DNA of 64,000 nucleotides, taken from positions 1 through 64,000 of the forward strand of contig QPMI01000629.1 in NCBI GenBank assembly GCA_004431415.1, read 5' to 3'. This document shows, one piece after another, positions 1 to 11,683 of the stretch. The position numbers and the translations under genes are program-made. The number at the start of each line of letters is the position of its first letter. Within the stretch, counting starts at the first letter, position 1. This DNA is from Cyanophora paradoxa CCMP329 (lineage: Eukaryota > Plantae > Glaucophyta). The notes beneath the pieces were generated by a model. That model saw only the letters and a list, made by a program, of their open reading frames with translations, had not been told where the DNA came from and searched no databases.

Positions 1-2661
1 CACCGGTGGGTGGTTGCTATTTCGCTACTCCCGAATGGATCGCAAGAAAGAAAGCAACCGTTAACGTTAAGAATATCGACGGACAAGATTGTTTTAAATA
101 TGCTATTTTGGCTCGTCTACACCGAAAGGACATTAACCGCCATAAAAGCTATGATCCCATTCAATATCGCCGATGGCTTAATGAACTGAACTTTAATAAT
201 ATCGAATTCCCGGTAGCATGCGATGCTGATGTTATCGATCGATTCGAAGAACAGAACCCGGACTTATCGGTTAATATCTACGGTGCCGATAACGAAAAGG
301 AGTCATTCTATCCGTTACATATGTCGAGCAATCCACGTAGAAAGAATAAGATTAACCTTTTACTCATCGAAAATACGGAGGAGAATAGAGGACATTATGT
401 AGCTATTGTGTCTCTAAGTCGCCTCCTTAAAACCACGTTTGATAAAGCATGTGATGGACGCATTTATTACTGTGAAACCTGTCTATCACGTTTCCGATCT
501 CAGGCGAAATTAGACCTACACATAGAAGCTAATCGGTGCATCGATTGGAGGGAAAGTAAGGGAAAATGTCCAAAACCCGATACTTACATGGAATTCGGAT
601 TAAAACACCTAAGAAAGACTGTATGGCTTCCTGTGATCTGTTACGTGAAAATCGAAGATCATTCGGTATCTGTGAGTGCAAACAAAACCAAACGGGAAAT
701 TAAAGCTGTGTCACTGAGAGTGGTAATAGGAGAAGAGGTGGTAGCTTTTCATTTTGAGGGAGCCGATCCTTTGGGTTCGCTGTTTGCCAAACTCATAGAA
801 ATTAGACCTCATGTAGTGCAAACCCTATTTAGAAATATTCCCATGCATCCACTCACAGAAGATCAGAAGGCAGAATATAGAACCACAAAGCATTGTTATA
901 TTTGCTTGCAACGATTCACAGCCGAAAACTTTTCGGTTCGCGATCACTGTCACCAAACGGGTGATTATATCGGGAAAGCATGCCGAAACTGTAACCTCCA
1001 TAGGCGAATCTCTAAACAAACAAAGGTAGCTATTGTCGTAGATCAAATGGACGAATGCGGACATGGGATATTCCGAAAATAGCCCAACAAGACGATACGC
1101 TACGTGTGGAGATTCTAAGTAAAAATTTCGATCAGTATCTATCGCTACAATGGGGCATGTGGAAATTCATAGATGCATCGCATTTTATGGATTTCCAAAG
1201 TGCAAATGTCGATGATCTTATGTTTAAATTCGAAGAATTCCGTAAATTGGCGTTTTCTCAATATGGATTAGATCCATGTCATTACGTTAGCGCTCCGGGT
1301 CTATCCTGGGATGCTATGTTAAAACATACAAAGGCAAAGATTGCACTTATCGATGATGTCGACAAATACGAATTTATTGAAAGAGCCATAAGGGGTGGAT
1401 TCGCCACTATGCCCACACGATATGCAAAGGTAGAAAATCCCGATGATCATATTGTTTTATTGGACGCAAATAATCTTTATGGTTATGCACTCAGCCAACC
1501 TTTACCTATTGGTGATTATCGATGGGAAGAAACCACAGAGGCACTGAAAGAAGTAGAAGGACGAAATGCATTTATTGAGGTCGATTTAGAATATCCTATT
1601 TCCCTCGAAGATCATTATGATTTCCCACTTATTGTGAATAAAGAAGTTATCACGACAGATATGTTAGGTGAATACCAACAAAACCTATTATATATGACAG
1701 GCGAAAAATTAACCAAAGATCCACGACTTACAGCAACATTTACACCAAAGACTAACTATGTCATATCACAACCTCTACTTATCTATCTCGTTAAAAAGGG
1801 TGTAGTCATAAAGGCGATTCATAAGGTGATCTCATTCGCTACTTCTTCTTTCATGAAATCTTACATAGCTCTGAATACAAGACTAAGACACGAATCAGGG
1901 AATAGATTCGAAAGCGACTTTTTTAAACTCATGAACAATGCGATATATGGAAAATGCTTAGAATCTTGTAGGGGTCGCTCTTCTGTAAAGATCGCCACAG
2001 TGAGAAACTATGTAAGAAATATGCCGCAAGTCCACTTATCAAAGCAACCAATTATTAAACGAAAACGCCTAGCGTTTGAAATGTATTCGAAACATGTAAA
2101 CTTTAGATAAACCCGTAGCTATTGGTGCTTTCGTTTTGGATTTTGCAAAGTTACATAATTATCAATTCTTTTATGAGGTGGTTAAAAAGAATGGAAACGG
2201 CTAAGCTACTATTCCACGATACCGATTCGTCTGTCTACTACTGAAAACCAATAATCTAAATGCGGACATGAAAGCTATCGGTGAACACCTCGATAGGAGT
2301 AATTATAATCGTGATCATCCATTATATAGTTTGTCGAATCGATTGACTCCGGGGAAGTATAAAAACGAATTCCAAATGCAAAGATCTTAGAATATGTGGG
2401 TTTGAGATCGAAACTTTACGCTTTCAGAACTGAAACCTATGAAAAAATAAAGATGTCCGGCACAGCATCTAAGGAAGTCCATTTGACGATTTTAAGAAAT
2501 GTCTATTCGAAGGTATCACCAAAACAGTAACAGTAAGAAACAAGCGACGGCAAGACCACAGCCTATATGATTTGGAGAGCAGAAGGGTGGCGCTAAACCA
2601 AATCGATAGCAAAAGGAAGATATCAAACGACGGCATTCACAGTGTCCCATTTGGTGTCTGA
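1..2661 (+). CDS. polB: Protein-primed family B DNA polymerase (Polinton-type pPolB), N-terminally incomplete and frameshifted (ORFs 6-1082, 1055-2110, then further frames to TGA at 2659-2661)
   Basis: N-terminal 'VNVKN..D.DCFKYAILA' and 'RDHCHQTGDYIGKACRNCNL' (EndoVII-like insert). Also 'GLDPCHYVSAPGLSWDAMLK', 'IRGG', motif A 'LLDANNLYGYALSQPLP', motif B 'KLMNNAIYGK', motif C 'FHDTDS' (~2212-2229), 'PGKYKNE', 'EYVGLRSKLYA' and C-terminal 'DSKRKI..DGIHSVPFG'. Confidence 0.93.
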
Positions 2662-2983
2662 TACACTGTATCTATACTTCTCTTTTTATTTTTTCGGTCT
2701 CCTAAAAGTAATATACCTCGGAGGATATGTAATAACCATATACATTTTTGAAATGGATCTTTTGGGTCAATTTCGTAGAAATTAGGTATGGGGTTCTCTT
2801 TCCATACTGGGTCGTCCATTATAAATATATCAGAGATTAGTAGGATGCGCACCATCTTAGCGAAAGTATTCCCGTATGAACTTGTCGATATCATAATGAT
2901 CCATTATCATAAGACGTGTCCGAATTGCTTTGATACTCGTATAATCACCAAAGGTAAATGTGGAAAAATTCTTATTTGTATGT

Positions 2984-3259
2984 CTAAAATTTAATCAAAT
3001 ACAACATAATGGTTTCTCTTCTATGACTATTCCCATGTTGTCCTTTTTCTGTATGCGTGAGAGTGTTTCTTAGAACACTGTCGGCAACCTGACCCTTAAT
3101 ATGGTTAAATCCGTAGGTTTGGAACGTTTTATTACATTGTAGGCATCTCACAGATACCTTTTCTTGTGCTTTCTTATAAACAGTGTCGGTATAATCAAAT
3201 TTATCCTTACCATGGACTGACATAGCGGTATCTATAAACTTTCTTGTTTTTTCATCCAT
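2984..3259 (-). CDS. Small DUF723/CapR-like zinc-ribbon protein (module typical of giant-virus/phage endonuclease-associated proteins), probably frameshifted
   Basis: 'KFIDTAMSVHGKDKFDYTDTVYKKAQEKVSVRCLQCNKTF..NHIKG' matches the 'FI.KA..VHGDKYDYS.V.Y....KV.I.C....F...NHL.G' pattern. TCTA motif 15 nt upstream of the ATG. Confidence 0.6.
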   Translation of the reverse strand: MDEKTRKFIDTAMSVHGKDKFDYTDTVYKKAQEKVSVRCLQCNKTFQTYGFNHIKGQVADSVLRNTLTHTEKGQHGNSHRRETIMLYLIKF

Positions 3260-3279
3260 TCCCTATATATACCTTAGAT

Positions 3280-4123
3280 TTATGGTAGCGGATCGCTACC
3301 GCCGACGGGATTGTATAGATTGGTGTTTAGATATTGACCGAATCGGTTAGCTGTTGCGATTGCGTCGTTTCTTTCGGCATACATAATAACTCTATAATTT
3401 CCGAGTTGTGTAGCTCTTATTATAAATTGGTTATCTTGCGTATCTAAAAGAGGTATTGAGTGGAACGCCTGACCGAAATTATCTATGGGGATAATATGTA
3501 TCGTAAGGCGTGGTCTTGCTCCGTCGGTTCTTCTACATAATGCGTAAATGTCCTCTGGTATCGTGTCTCTATATCTATAATGATTTCCTAAGGGTTCTAA
3601 TACATCGGCTACCGCTGTTTGTAAACTAATAATAATCGTATAAATCTTAATAAGGTAAGGCTCATTCATACCTGGGCAATATGTCCTAATTCGTGTGTTC
3701 TCATCATCGGGTTTGGCTGATCATTAACCAAAAGAGGCGCTCCACGATACCACCAACTCGGAGACCATCACCAATGTAAGCGCCTCCCGATCTACATTTA
3801 ATTGCTCCGTTTCTCGATTCATAAGCAAAGTTTGTTACCTTGTTATCATCATTGTAACTATCGGGATCTCCATAAAAAGCGTTAAAGTTTGCATTTGTTA
3901 CAAGGAGTTTCGTAGTTTTCACGATGCCATTGTTTTTATCACATCTTAACTCTTTCAGTCGCAATTTGTGTGTATCACCAAAAGTATTAAGAGTAGGTGC
4001 AAGTTCGGTAGATTCTAAACCATCGACATTATCGATAACGGCATGTTGTAATACGTGATTTGCCGGCGCGGCTAATGAAAGTTGCGCTGTTAAAATACGC
4101 TCAGGAGGTGCGGGTGCCGCCAT
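3280..4123 (-). CDS. Putative virion fibre/spike family paralogue 1 (split into ORFs 3704-4123 and 3280-3669)
   Basis: Colinear with 4143-4985: shared 'LKELRCDKNNGIVKTTKLLVTNANFNA...RSGGAYIGDG.RV.G' and a similar C-terminus ('R.D..A.A......N.NL.N....DP.P'). Confidence 0.65.
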
Positions 4124-4142
4124 TTAATATATTAAAACATAA

Positions 4143-4985
4143 TTATGGTGTGGGATCACCTGGGAACGGATCATCGTAGAAGTTATTTAGGTTGTTATCG
4201 GGATTGAGACCACGTGTAGCCGCCACAGCCGCTGGATCTGTTCGCATTCCGAAAATGAGAATATCGTAACCTCCTACTTCTGTTGTCCAAACATTGAACG
4301 TTGCGGGGTTCTGGTTATCAAATTCCACCCAACCTCTACCGCGTCCGATTCCCTGAACAAAGAAAGTATAAGCCGGTCCGATAATACCATTTTGTGAACG
4401 ACATATAGACTCAATAGATTTAGGAATAGCAATATTTGGTAGTAACCAATTTCCCATAATTCCATCGGGTTGTGTTGCATTTACGTTATCTACCCCAACT
4501 CTGACCATTCCAAACACATACGGATAGTCTCCACACGGAGTATACATACGGATACGTTGCGGATTGTCCGCATGCTCAGGTAGAGTATCGGGAATATCGG
4601 TAACGGCAACGGAGGATGCAAGCATACCCGACACACGACAACCGCCGCCAATAACAGCGCCTCCTGATCGGACAACAGCGGCGGCACGTTCTCCGTCAAA
4701 ATCTAACGTTCTAATATCCACACCCCATGCGTCAGGTTGCCCAATACCCGCGTTAAAATTCGCATTTGTTACAAGAAGTTGAGTCGTTTTAACCACTCCC
4801 GAATTCTTGTCGGCTCGTAGTTCTTTAACACGTATCATGCTGTTTTTATCGAATGCATTCGCGGAATTAGCGCGTTCCGTCGATTCCACACCGCGGATTT
4901 CGTCGGCTACCTCATGTTGTCGAAAGTGAACCGCGGGCGATCCCAATGCGTAAACAGGTAATTGCACACGATTATATTCACCCAT
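4143..4985 (-). CDS. Putative virion fibre/spike family paralogue 2
   Basis: Intact ORF, likely starting at MGEY (4985). Carries the shared N-terminal module 'H.V.D...G.ESTE....F..NSMIRVKELRADKNSGVVKTT..RSGGA.IGGG'. Confidence 0.7.
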   Translation of the reverse strand: MGEYNRVQLPVYALGSPAVHFRQHEVADEIRGVESTERANSANAFDKNSMIRVKELRADKNSGVVKTTQLLVTNANFNAGIGQPDAWGVDIRTLDFDGERAAAVVRSGGAVIGGGCRVSGMLASSVAVTDIPDTLPEHADNPQRIRMYTPCGDYPYVFGMVRVGVDNVNATQPDGIMGNWLLPNIAIPKSIESICRSQNGIIGPAYTFFVQGIGRGRGWVEFDNQNPATFNVWTTEVGGYDILIFGMRTDPAAVAATRGLNPDNNLNNFYDDPFPGDPTP

Positions 4986-5020
4986 TGCTTCTTTTACTAA
5001 GAAGGAAAGAAAAATAATGT

Positions 5021-5296
5021 TCATTGCTCTTCTGTGACATTGTTATACTCGATGCCTTTCTTTACAGTTCCCCTTTGGAATGCCTGTAATACAATCGCTT
5101 CCTTAGAGGTTGGTATCTGAACTCCTGATGAGATGCAAGATTGAATTTCTTTTTGAACAATATCATCGATTGCGATTCTTGCCCTGTTATGAACAACATT
5201 ATCAATCCAATCCTGAACAGAAGCAGCGCAATATTCCATTCCCAACTTTTCAATATCTGAGAGAGCCACTTGGTATATATGGTATATATTCGACAT
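5021..5296 (-). CDS. Small hypothetical protein resembling marine phage fibre-associated proteins
   Basis: Clean 91-aa ORF with upstream TCTA motif. 'MEYCAASVQDWIDNVVHNRARIAIDDIV' resembles small helical proteins found next to tail-fibre/C1q genes in aquatic phages (recognised from memory, not searched). Confidence 0.55.
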   Translation of the reverse strand: MSNIYHIYQVALSDIEKLGMEYCAASVQDWIDNVVHNRARIAIDDIVQKEIQSCISSGVQIPTSKEAIVLQAFQRGTVKKGIEYNNVTEEQ

Positions 5297-5317
5297 TCCT
5301 ATTTTATAGAGAGAAAA

Positions 5318-6340
5318 TTATGTGAGACTGAGAAGCTCACCTGTGAATGTTGTTCGATTTGTGTAGCTACCCCCATTATTTGTTACAAGTGTTACATACT
5401 CACCCATAGCAATGTTGAGAATTACACTAATGTAAAGCGGTTTATTCGTGAGAGTGGAGTTATTTTGTGTTATAATACTTTGACCCCCTGGGTCTTGGTC
5501 ATTTACTTTTAAAGAGAGACTTATTGGATTACTTGATGTTGAGTGGGTATATGCTGTAAATCTGTAATGACCCGCAACAGGAGCTGTGAACCTTCCATTA
5601 GTCACATTGAATCCATCCCTATTATTCAGAAACACTACTCCCCAATTGATAAGTGCAGTTTCACTGGTAGCAACATGAGGATAATTAAGTTGAACAGAAA
5701 ATCGAGGCTGATAGTCATATTTTAAATAACAATTTGTATTAATTGTCAAGCGATTGGTTTCCAGAGTAGCCACAATATCACTGTTGCGTTTCAAAACAAG
5801 ATTCACATTTGCTCCTGTATCGATCTCAGGTGTAACCACCTTGGAAGTTGCTGTTATTATCGATTGTGTTGTTTCTGGAATACTTATGCCTCCATGGGCT
5901 GTTACTGAACCTGTAAATGTGCTTGTTCCTGTAATGTTCACTTGATTGGCTGTTAGAGTTCCATCAATCCTTGCCCCATCTCCAATATATGCCCCTCCAC
6001 TTCTAACTGAAAGAGCAGCATTATTAATTGTATTATCAAAAGTAACTATTTTGGGTGTGGTGAACCCTCCCACATTGTCATAAATTGCTGTATCTGAAAC
6101 AATTTGACCTGATTGGACTTGGTTCTTGTTAGATACAATGAGACCTGTGGTTCTCACTTTTCCCCCATTGCGATCACATCGAATTTCTTTACATCTAATC
6201 ACAGAGTTCTGTGAAAACGAATCAGCCCCTGTTGTTTCTGTGCAAATAAACCCAGGTGTTGCATCTGTTACTGTATGGTTCAGTTGATGTATTTTTGGGG
6301 CGGCATAACAGAAAACAGGAACAGCAATTTGTGTAGACAT
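5318..6340 (-). CDS. Fibre family paralogue 3 with C-terminal C1q/TNF-like head
   Basis: Shared N-terminal module, beta-rich shaft, then the C1q signature 'PRFSV...INWGVVFLNNRDGFNVTNGRFTAPVAGHYRFT...GEYV...TFTGELL'. Confidence 0.8.
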   Translation of the reverse strand: MSTQIAVPVFCYAAPKIHQLNHTVTDATPGFICTETTGADSFSQNSVIRCKEIRCDRNGGKVRTTGLIVSNKNQVQSGQIVSDTAIYDNVGGFTTPKIVTFDNTINNAALSVRSGGAYIGDGARIDGTLTANQVNITGTSTFTGSVTAHGGISIPETTQSIITATSKVVTPEIDTGANVNLVLKRNSDIVATLETNRLTINTNCYLKYDYQPRFSVQLNYPHVATSETALINWGVVFLNNRDGFNVTNGRFTAPVAGHYRFTAYTHSTSSNPISLSLKVNDQDPGGQSIITQNNSTLTNKPLYISVILNIAMGEYVTLVTNNGGSYTNRTTFTGELLSLT

Positions 6341-6362
6341 TCTTTATACTATACAGATAATA

Positions 6363-7430
6363 TTATGTAGCACTAACAAGATCACAAGAAAGATAGTATC
6401 TGATATCAAATTGAAGAGTGGCACCAGAACTATTGCGCATATCAAAGGAGTCACCTTGAATAAGAGAAAGTAAAACTTCAAATGAAATTGGAGTTACAAA
6501 TGTATTAGAAATCCCGCGGACGGCATTGAAACCCTTGTTTGGAGGTTGTAGGATTTCCATTTAAATAAATGCTGGTAGCAATATGAGTATAAGAGGTTGT
6601 GCCAGCTCTCATGCATGCAAAGAACACCCTATATACTCCGGAAACAGGAGCTGTAAATTTTGTGGATGAAAAGTTTCCTTCATTGTTTACAAGATAAGCT
6701 CCACCTGTAAAGGAAAATGCTGTTGCATTGTTAAGTATTACTGTCCCTGTCAAACTAGGAGCTTGTCTTGATATATTCATTCTTGGGCAATAGGTTCGTT
6801 TCAGACCACTATTTTCCGGATTGTGATTACATTCAGATCTGTTATTGTCTTTTCGAGAGTGAAAATGGTATTTCCGTTTCGTTTGTAATTCATATTCACA
6901 TTTGTCCCATTGTCTATCTCAGGTGTTTGAACTCTTGTGGTTGCTTTTCGAGTTTCAACGCTAACAGTTCCCGAGAGTCCACCATTGAAGGTCATCAATC
7001 CTGTAAATGAACTTGTTCCATTCACATTAAATTGATTTGCTATGACAGTCCCCACCACAATTGCTCCATCACCAATGTATGCCCCTCCACTCTTGACCAC
7101 AAGAGCCGAGTTATTACTTGTGTTATCAAAAGTAACTATCTTTGCTGTGGTGAATCCACCCACATTATCATATATTGCTGAATCGGGGACTACCTGCCCT
7201 GCTTGAACTTGATTTTTATTCGAGATTATAATGCCTGTGGTTCTAATCTTGCCTCCATTTCGATCACATCGAATTTCTTTGACTCTGAGTATACTATTCT
7301 CTGTGAAAGAGGTATTGCTTGAAGTTTCTGTGGAAATATACCCAGGGGTTGAATCAACTACTCCATGAGAGGTGCTGTGAAGTGATTTTGCGGCGAGTTC
7401 ATAGTTTGGGATTTCTAATAGAGAGGTCAT
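6363..7430 (-). CDS. Fibre family paralogue 4 with a divergent C1q-like head (frameshifted: 6801-7430, 6505-6780, 6363-6560)
   Basis: N-terminal half highly similar to 5318-6340 ('KEIRCDRNGGK.RTTG.I.SNKNQVQ.GQ.V.D.AIYDNVGGFTT.KIVTFDNT'). Head contains 'FSSTKFTAPVSGVYRVFF' and 'LLSLIQGD'. Confidence 0.72.
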
Positions 7431-7449
7431 CTTTATAATTACGAAATAG

Positions 7450-10400
7450 TTAAATTGCGACAGCAATGTAATGGATTGTTACAGTTTTGGCTGTATTGTC
7501 CATTGCATATGGATCAGTGAAAAGTTCACATGTGAAATAGTCACTGTAAACATTTAACAGGTTCACAGTAAATATGACTGGTGTTGTAGCATTTGCCTGT
7601 CCTTCATGCCTTACTGTTGCTGTCACAACAGGAGGAGAAGCAAAGGCACTACTGAAATAGATGGTAAGATTGAACACATATAAATTATTGTAGTTCAAAA
7701 CAGGAGTAGTGTAAACATACTTTCCTGCTTTTATTTTCCCATTAAAATACGCATTGAGTTGACTGGATAGATCCGCTTCTGTAATGCATCTACTGATAGT
7801 CTGATTATTTGAAGGGTTCATAGCATAAAAGTTTCTTGCATAGGCATTTCCACGAACAAGTAAGGTCTTATCAAAGTAATTTTGCGAATTGTGGAAGAAC
7901 CATGTTTCTTCAAACATAGGTCCTGCTGGTTCTACAATCTGACCTGATCCTACATACATTGTGTTGTTCGCTCTGATGGTGGTAGCTGTGAATGGATCAA
8001 GAGTTGGTTTATTGGTCAGGTCATTGTAGTTGCCCGAAAAAATCGCTGGTTTGTTATAAATATCTGTATTCCAATCATGAGTGTGTGCAAAATCTGTAAT
8101 CTCTGCCTTTGTGTGGGTGTGACCTACATACGCAACATTTCCAAGATCTGTAATCTCTGCCTTAGTGTGGGTGTGACCTACATAAGCAACATTTCCGAGA
8201 TCTAATATCTCTGATTTAACATGAGTGTGAGCGAAATTAGTAATATCTGCTCGGGTATGGGTGTGTGCAAAATCTGTGATTTGGGATTTGGTGTGAGTGT
8301 GTGCAAAATCTGTGATTTCTGCCTTTGTATGGGTGTGTGATCTATTATTAAGGTCGAGGAAACTACCTGAAAATGCAACAGGATGTAGATTTGCTGCGGT
8401 GGGTTTATTAATTAGATCATTGTAGTCTCCTGTGAAAGAAATGGTTTTAGCTCTCCCCTTCCTACATAATCAGATGGTAGATCAATCTTTATAGGCATAA
8501 TAGCTGGATCGTCAGGTATCACATACTCACCTCCTGGATGAACCACAGGGAAGGTTTGATTACATTCAGTATGGACAAAAAGTTACATGCCGTTACTGTT
8601 CCATCAATAATCCCACCTGTTAGCGGAAGGTAATCACCTGTTACACCAATATTTATACCTGCAATGATTGTATCAAGTTCTGTTTCATCTATGTAGTTCT
8701 GGGCTTGTAGGTAATCTTCTGTAACAATTCTTGAAATTGTTTCATTGTGGATGTTTTTCGCTGAGGCTCTCTGATTGATTTCTAAGAGACCCTCACCAAC
8801 TCCATCATTATAATTTGTTTTTATCCATGATATCTCGCATCTCTTGTAGTCATCTCGATTTCCAATAAGAGCATTTGGTAACAATCTCTCTCTGGTGAAT
8901 ATTAATTTGGGTCTTGAACTATCTAAGTCACTTACATCAGTAACATTAATTTGGATTGCTGCATCTTTGTCATCATAGTTTGCTGGATCAGATGGAAGCG
9001 ATAATATTAAACTATCTGTCATTGGGATGTCATCAGCATAGTAGCTTGTCAGATAGATACCTGGTTTGGTGTCCATCAAACCGAAATTTCCGCCTGCTGC
9101 AATCATCTGCATTCTTGTGGGGGGTCTAATGTATAATTCGCCTTCCATTGTGGTGCCTGCATCTATTCCTTTTCGATTCACATAATATTCATCTAATCTT
9201 AATCTCTCTGGTATGGTATTACTTTGATAGAGAGTAACACCATGTGTGGTGTCGAATACATCACCTGCTGATGCAAACTTAGGCTGGTCATCTATTTCGC
9301 TCCACATGTGCCTATGGCAAAATCCTCGATCTCATCTTTGGTATGGGTGTGGTTTGATATCCAATCTAAAACAACATTAGAAGTGGGATGATGTGGTAGG
9401 TTTGCTTCTATATTCACAGTCAAATAATCGACGACTAAGTTGCTGGAATAAAGATTACTTGCCCAAAGGTTACTGGTGTAAATGTTACTTCCATAAATAT
9501 TACTTGCCCATATGTTACTTGTCCATATGTTACTTGCCCATATGTTACTTGCTGAAATGTACTTGTATAAATGTTACTTGTGACTGTAAGGTTTGTATCA
9601 TTTTTTATCACGAATAGTGAAAGAATATTAGTAAGTTCGCCTTCATCAATGTATCCCTGTTCTTCTAAATAATCTTCCGTTACCACTCTTGAAATATCTT
9701 CATTGTGTATATTTTTGGCGCTTGCTCTTTGATTGATTTCTAATAAACCTTCACCAACTCCGCCATTATAATTTGTTTTTATCCATGCTACCTCACATCT
9801 TCTATAATCATCTCGATCTCCTATAAAAGTATTAGGTAAAAGACGCTGCCGACTAAATACTAATTTGGGTCTCGATTGGTCAAAGTCGCTAACATCTGTT
9901 ACATTAATTTGTATTGCTGCGTCTTTGTTATCGCAACTATTTGGATCTAATGGAAGTGACGGTAGCGGAGGTAATACATTTGTCATCTCGATATCCTCAG
10001 GATAGTAGCTTGTTAAATAAATTCCGGGTTTCGTCTCATACAGACCAAAATTACCACTAATTGGTAAAATGCCTTCTCTTCTGGTGGTCTAATGTATAAT
10101 TCGGCTTCCATTCCTGTGCCTGCCTCTATTCCCATGCGATTAAGGTAGTGGTCATTTAATTGTAATCTTTCTTCTATGTTAATATTTCTATAAAGACTTA
10201 CGCCATGTTGGAAATCTGTTAATACATTTCCTGCGGATGCGAAAGTAGGTTGCTCATCGATTTCGTCCCAATTATGCCTATGATCTGCTGGTGGAAATTC
10301 AGTAGGTATGTTATCTAAATCTTCCCAATCGTGCCTATGCTCTGTCGGTGGGAATCTTTCCGGTTTGTTTAAAATGTCTTCCCATTCGTGTTCGTGGGGA

Positions 10401-11634
10401 TCTGGTGGAATGTGTCGGGTTTGTTAATAATATCCCTCCAATCTACGGTAAAATCGAAAAATCCCGGCTGTAATCCATCTGGTAATAACTCTTCATCTGG
10501 TATATGCGGCTGTTCGTAATCTATGTTAGGTGGATTTAATCCATGTGGTAAAAGTTGTTCGTCGTAAGGTTCGTAACGATCATATAACATATGGTTAGGA
10601 TCAAATCCATCCGGCAATTCTTCCACGTCTTCACATTCTTTATGTTCGAGAGGTATAACATTAATATCTGGTGCTAAGAGTTCCTCAGCGGGCGGTTTGT
10701 AATCTTTAAAAACTGGTTTATTATGGACTTTTTCCCAACTAACAAAATGCTGCCCAAACGCAACCGTTTCATCCGCTGTGTATTCTCTTCCTGGTTGTTT
10801 CTTTGGTGTAAGATCTGGTGGATCCCATGGAAGTGGAAAGGGAACCGGAGTAGGTCCGTAATGCTCTATGATCTCTCTTATGGTTTTCTCACTAACGAGC
10901 CGTTCCCCATTTGCATAAACATTACTACCATGAATATTTCGCCATTGTCGGGTTCTAATACCAAGGTCTTTCGTATTGGTTACCAAAGGTAGTAAATGCC
11001 GATCCATTTCGACAAGATCGGGATGTAAATGTATAGCTACTGGTTGACTGGGACTACTGTCGACAGTGATCGAATCTTTTTCTTTGGAAGTATCCGGTGG
11101 AAGAGTGAAACCAAACAGTGCATTAGTGTTTGAATTGGTGACAATGTCCTGTGGGTAAATATTATTGGTGTAGCGAATCTGATTCTCTTCACCATGTGGG
11201 GCTACCTGTAATATCTGAGGGATTTGTGTAATCGCATTTGATCCTTCATTATAGATTCTCAAACCGCTACGATGAACTCCCTTCTCATCCTGGACATTAA
11301 AAACCAAACGTCCGCTATCATAACGTGTGGGAATATCGGGATGCGTTCCACTTGCTTTAAGTTTCCGTGGTCTCCTTCTTGTTGCCTTGATCTCCGCAAC
11401 CGCGTTTTTTTTTACATTCCCCAAACTGAAAGCTATACTTACATCTTCTTTTTCTGGGTCTGTTTGATTCACTGTTAAAGCATGAATTCTGGGATGCGTC
11501 TTACTGGGTTTATCGGCGCTCTGATCAATTGACGCCGACCCTTTAATGGTGATATTATCAAAGTTAACATGTTTAGTGTTTCCTTTACCACTACCTGTTA
11601 TGGTTTGTAAATTTGCTGGATAATTGAAACTCAT
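7450..11634 (-). CDS. Giant phage-tail-fibre-like protein (~1,400 aa if joined), broken by frameshifts; H-type lectin/gp53-like C-terminal tip
   Basis: Fragments join across 1-nt shifts. Motifs: 'P..TNTKDLG...QWRNI', 'W.DI.NKP..FPP..H.H' repeats (10270-10445), a duplicated ~200-aa module, QVTYG pentapeptides, 'HTHTKAEITDF' repeats (8075-8340), and C-terminal 'IYFSSAFASPPVVTATV...VNLLNVYSDYF...IHYIAVA'. Confidence 0.68.
8075..8345 (-). repeat. Coding tandem repeat of HTHTK(A/S)(E/Q)ITD(F/L) units (phage tail-fibre HxH repeat)
   Basis: Recurring 'gtgtgggtgtg...aaatctgtaatctctgcc' units, about seven copies. Confidence 0.8.
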
Positions 11635-11683
11635 CCCTGGTTACTCTAATAATAGAGATTTATTAAATTTCAATAAAGTAAAG
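11635..11683. promoter_or_regulatory. Bidirectional viral promoter between the giant fibre gene and the patatin gene
   Basis: 49-bp divergent intergenic region. TCTA lies 18 nt upstream of the fibre ATG, and TAGA..ATTAAATT..AATAAaGTAAAG-ATG precedes patatin. Same layout as 15054-15097. Confidence 0.6.

Noticed and set aside
2637-2994. ORFs 2637-2894 (-) and 2788-2994 (+)
   Set aside because: Short, overlapping, no recognisable motif; may be frameshifted remnants of the adjacent gene.
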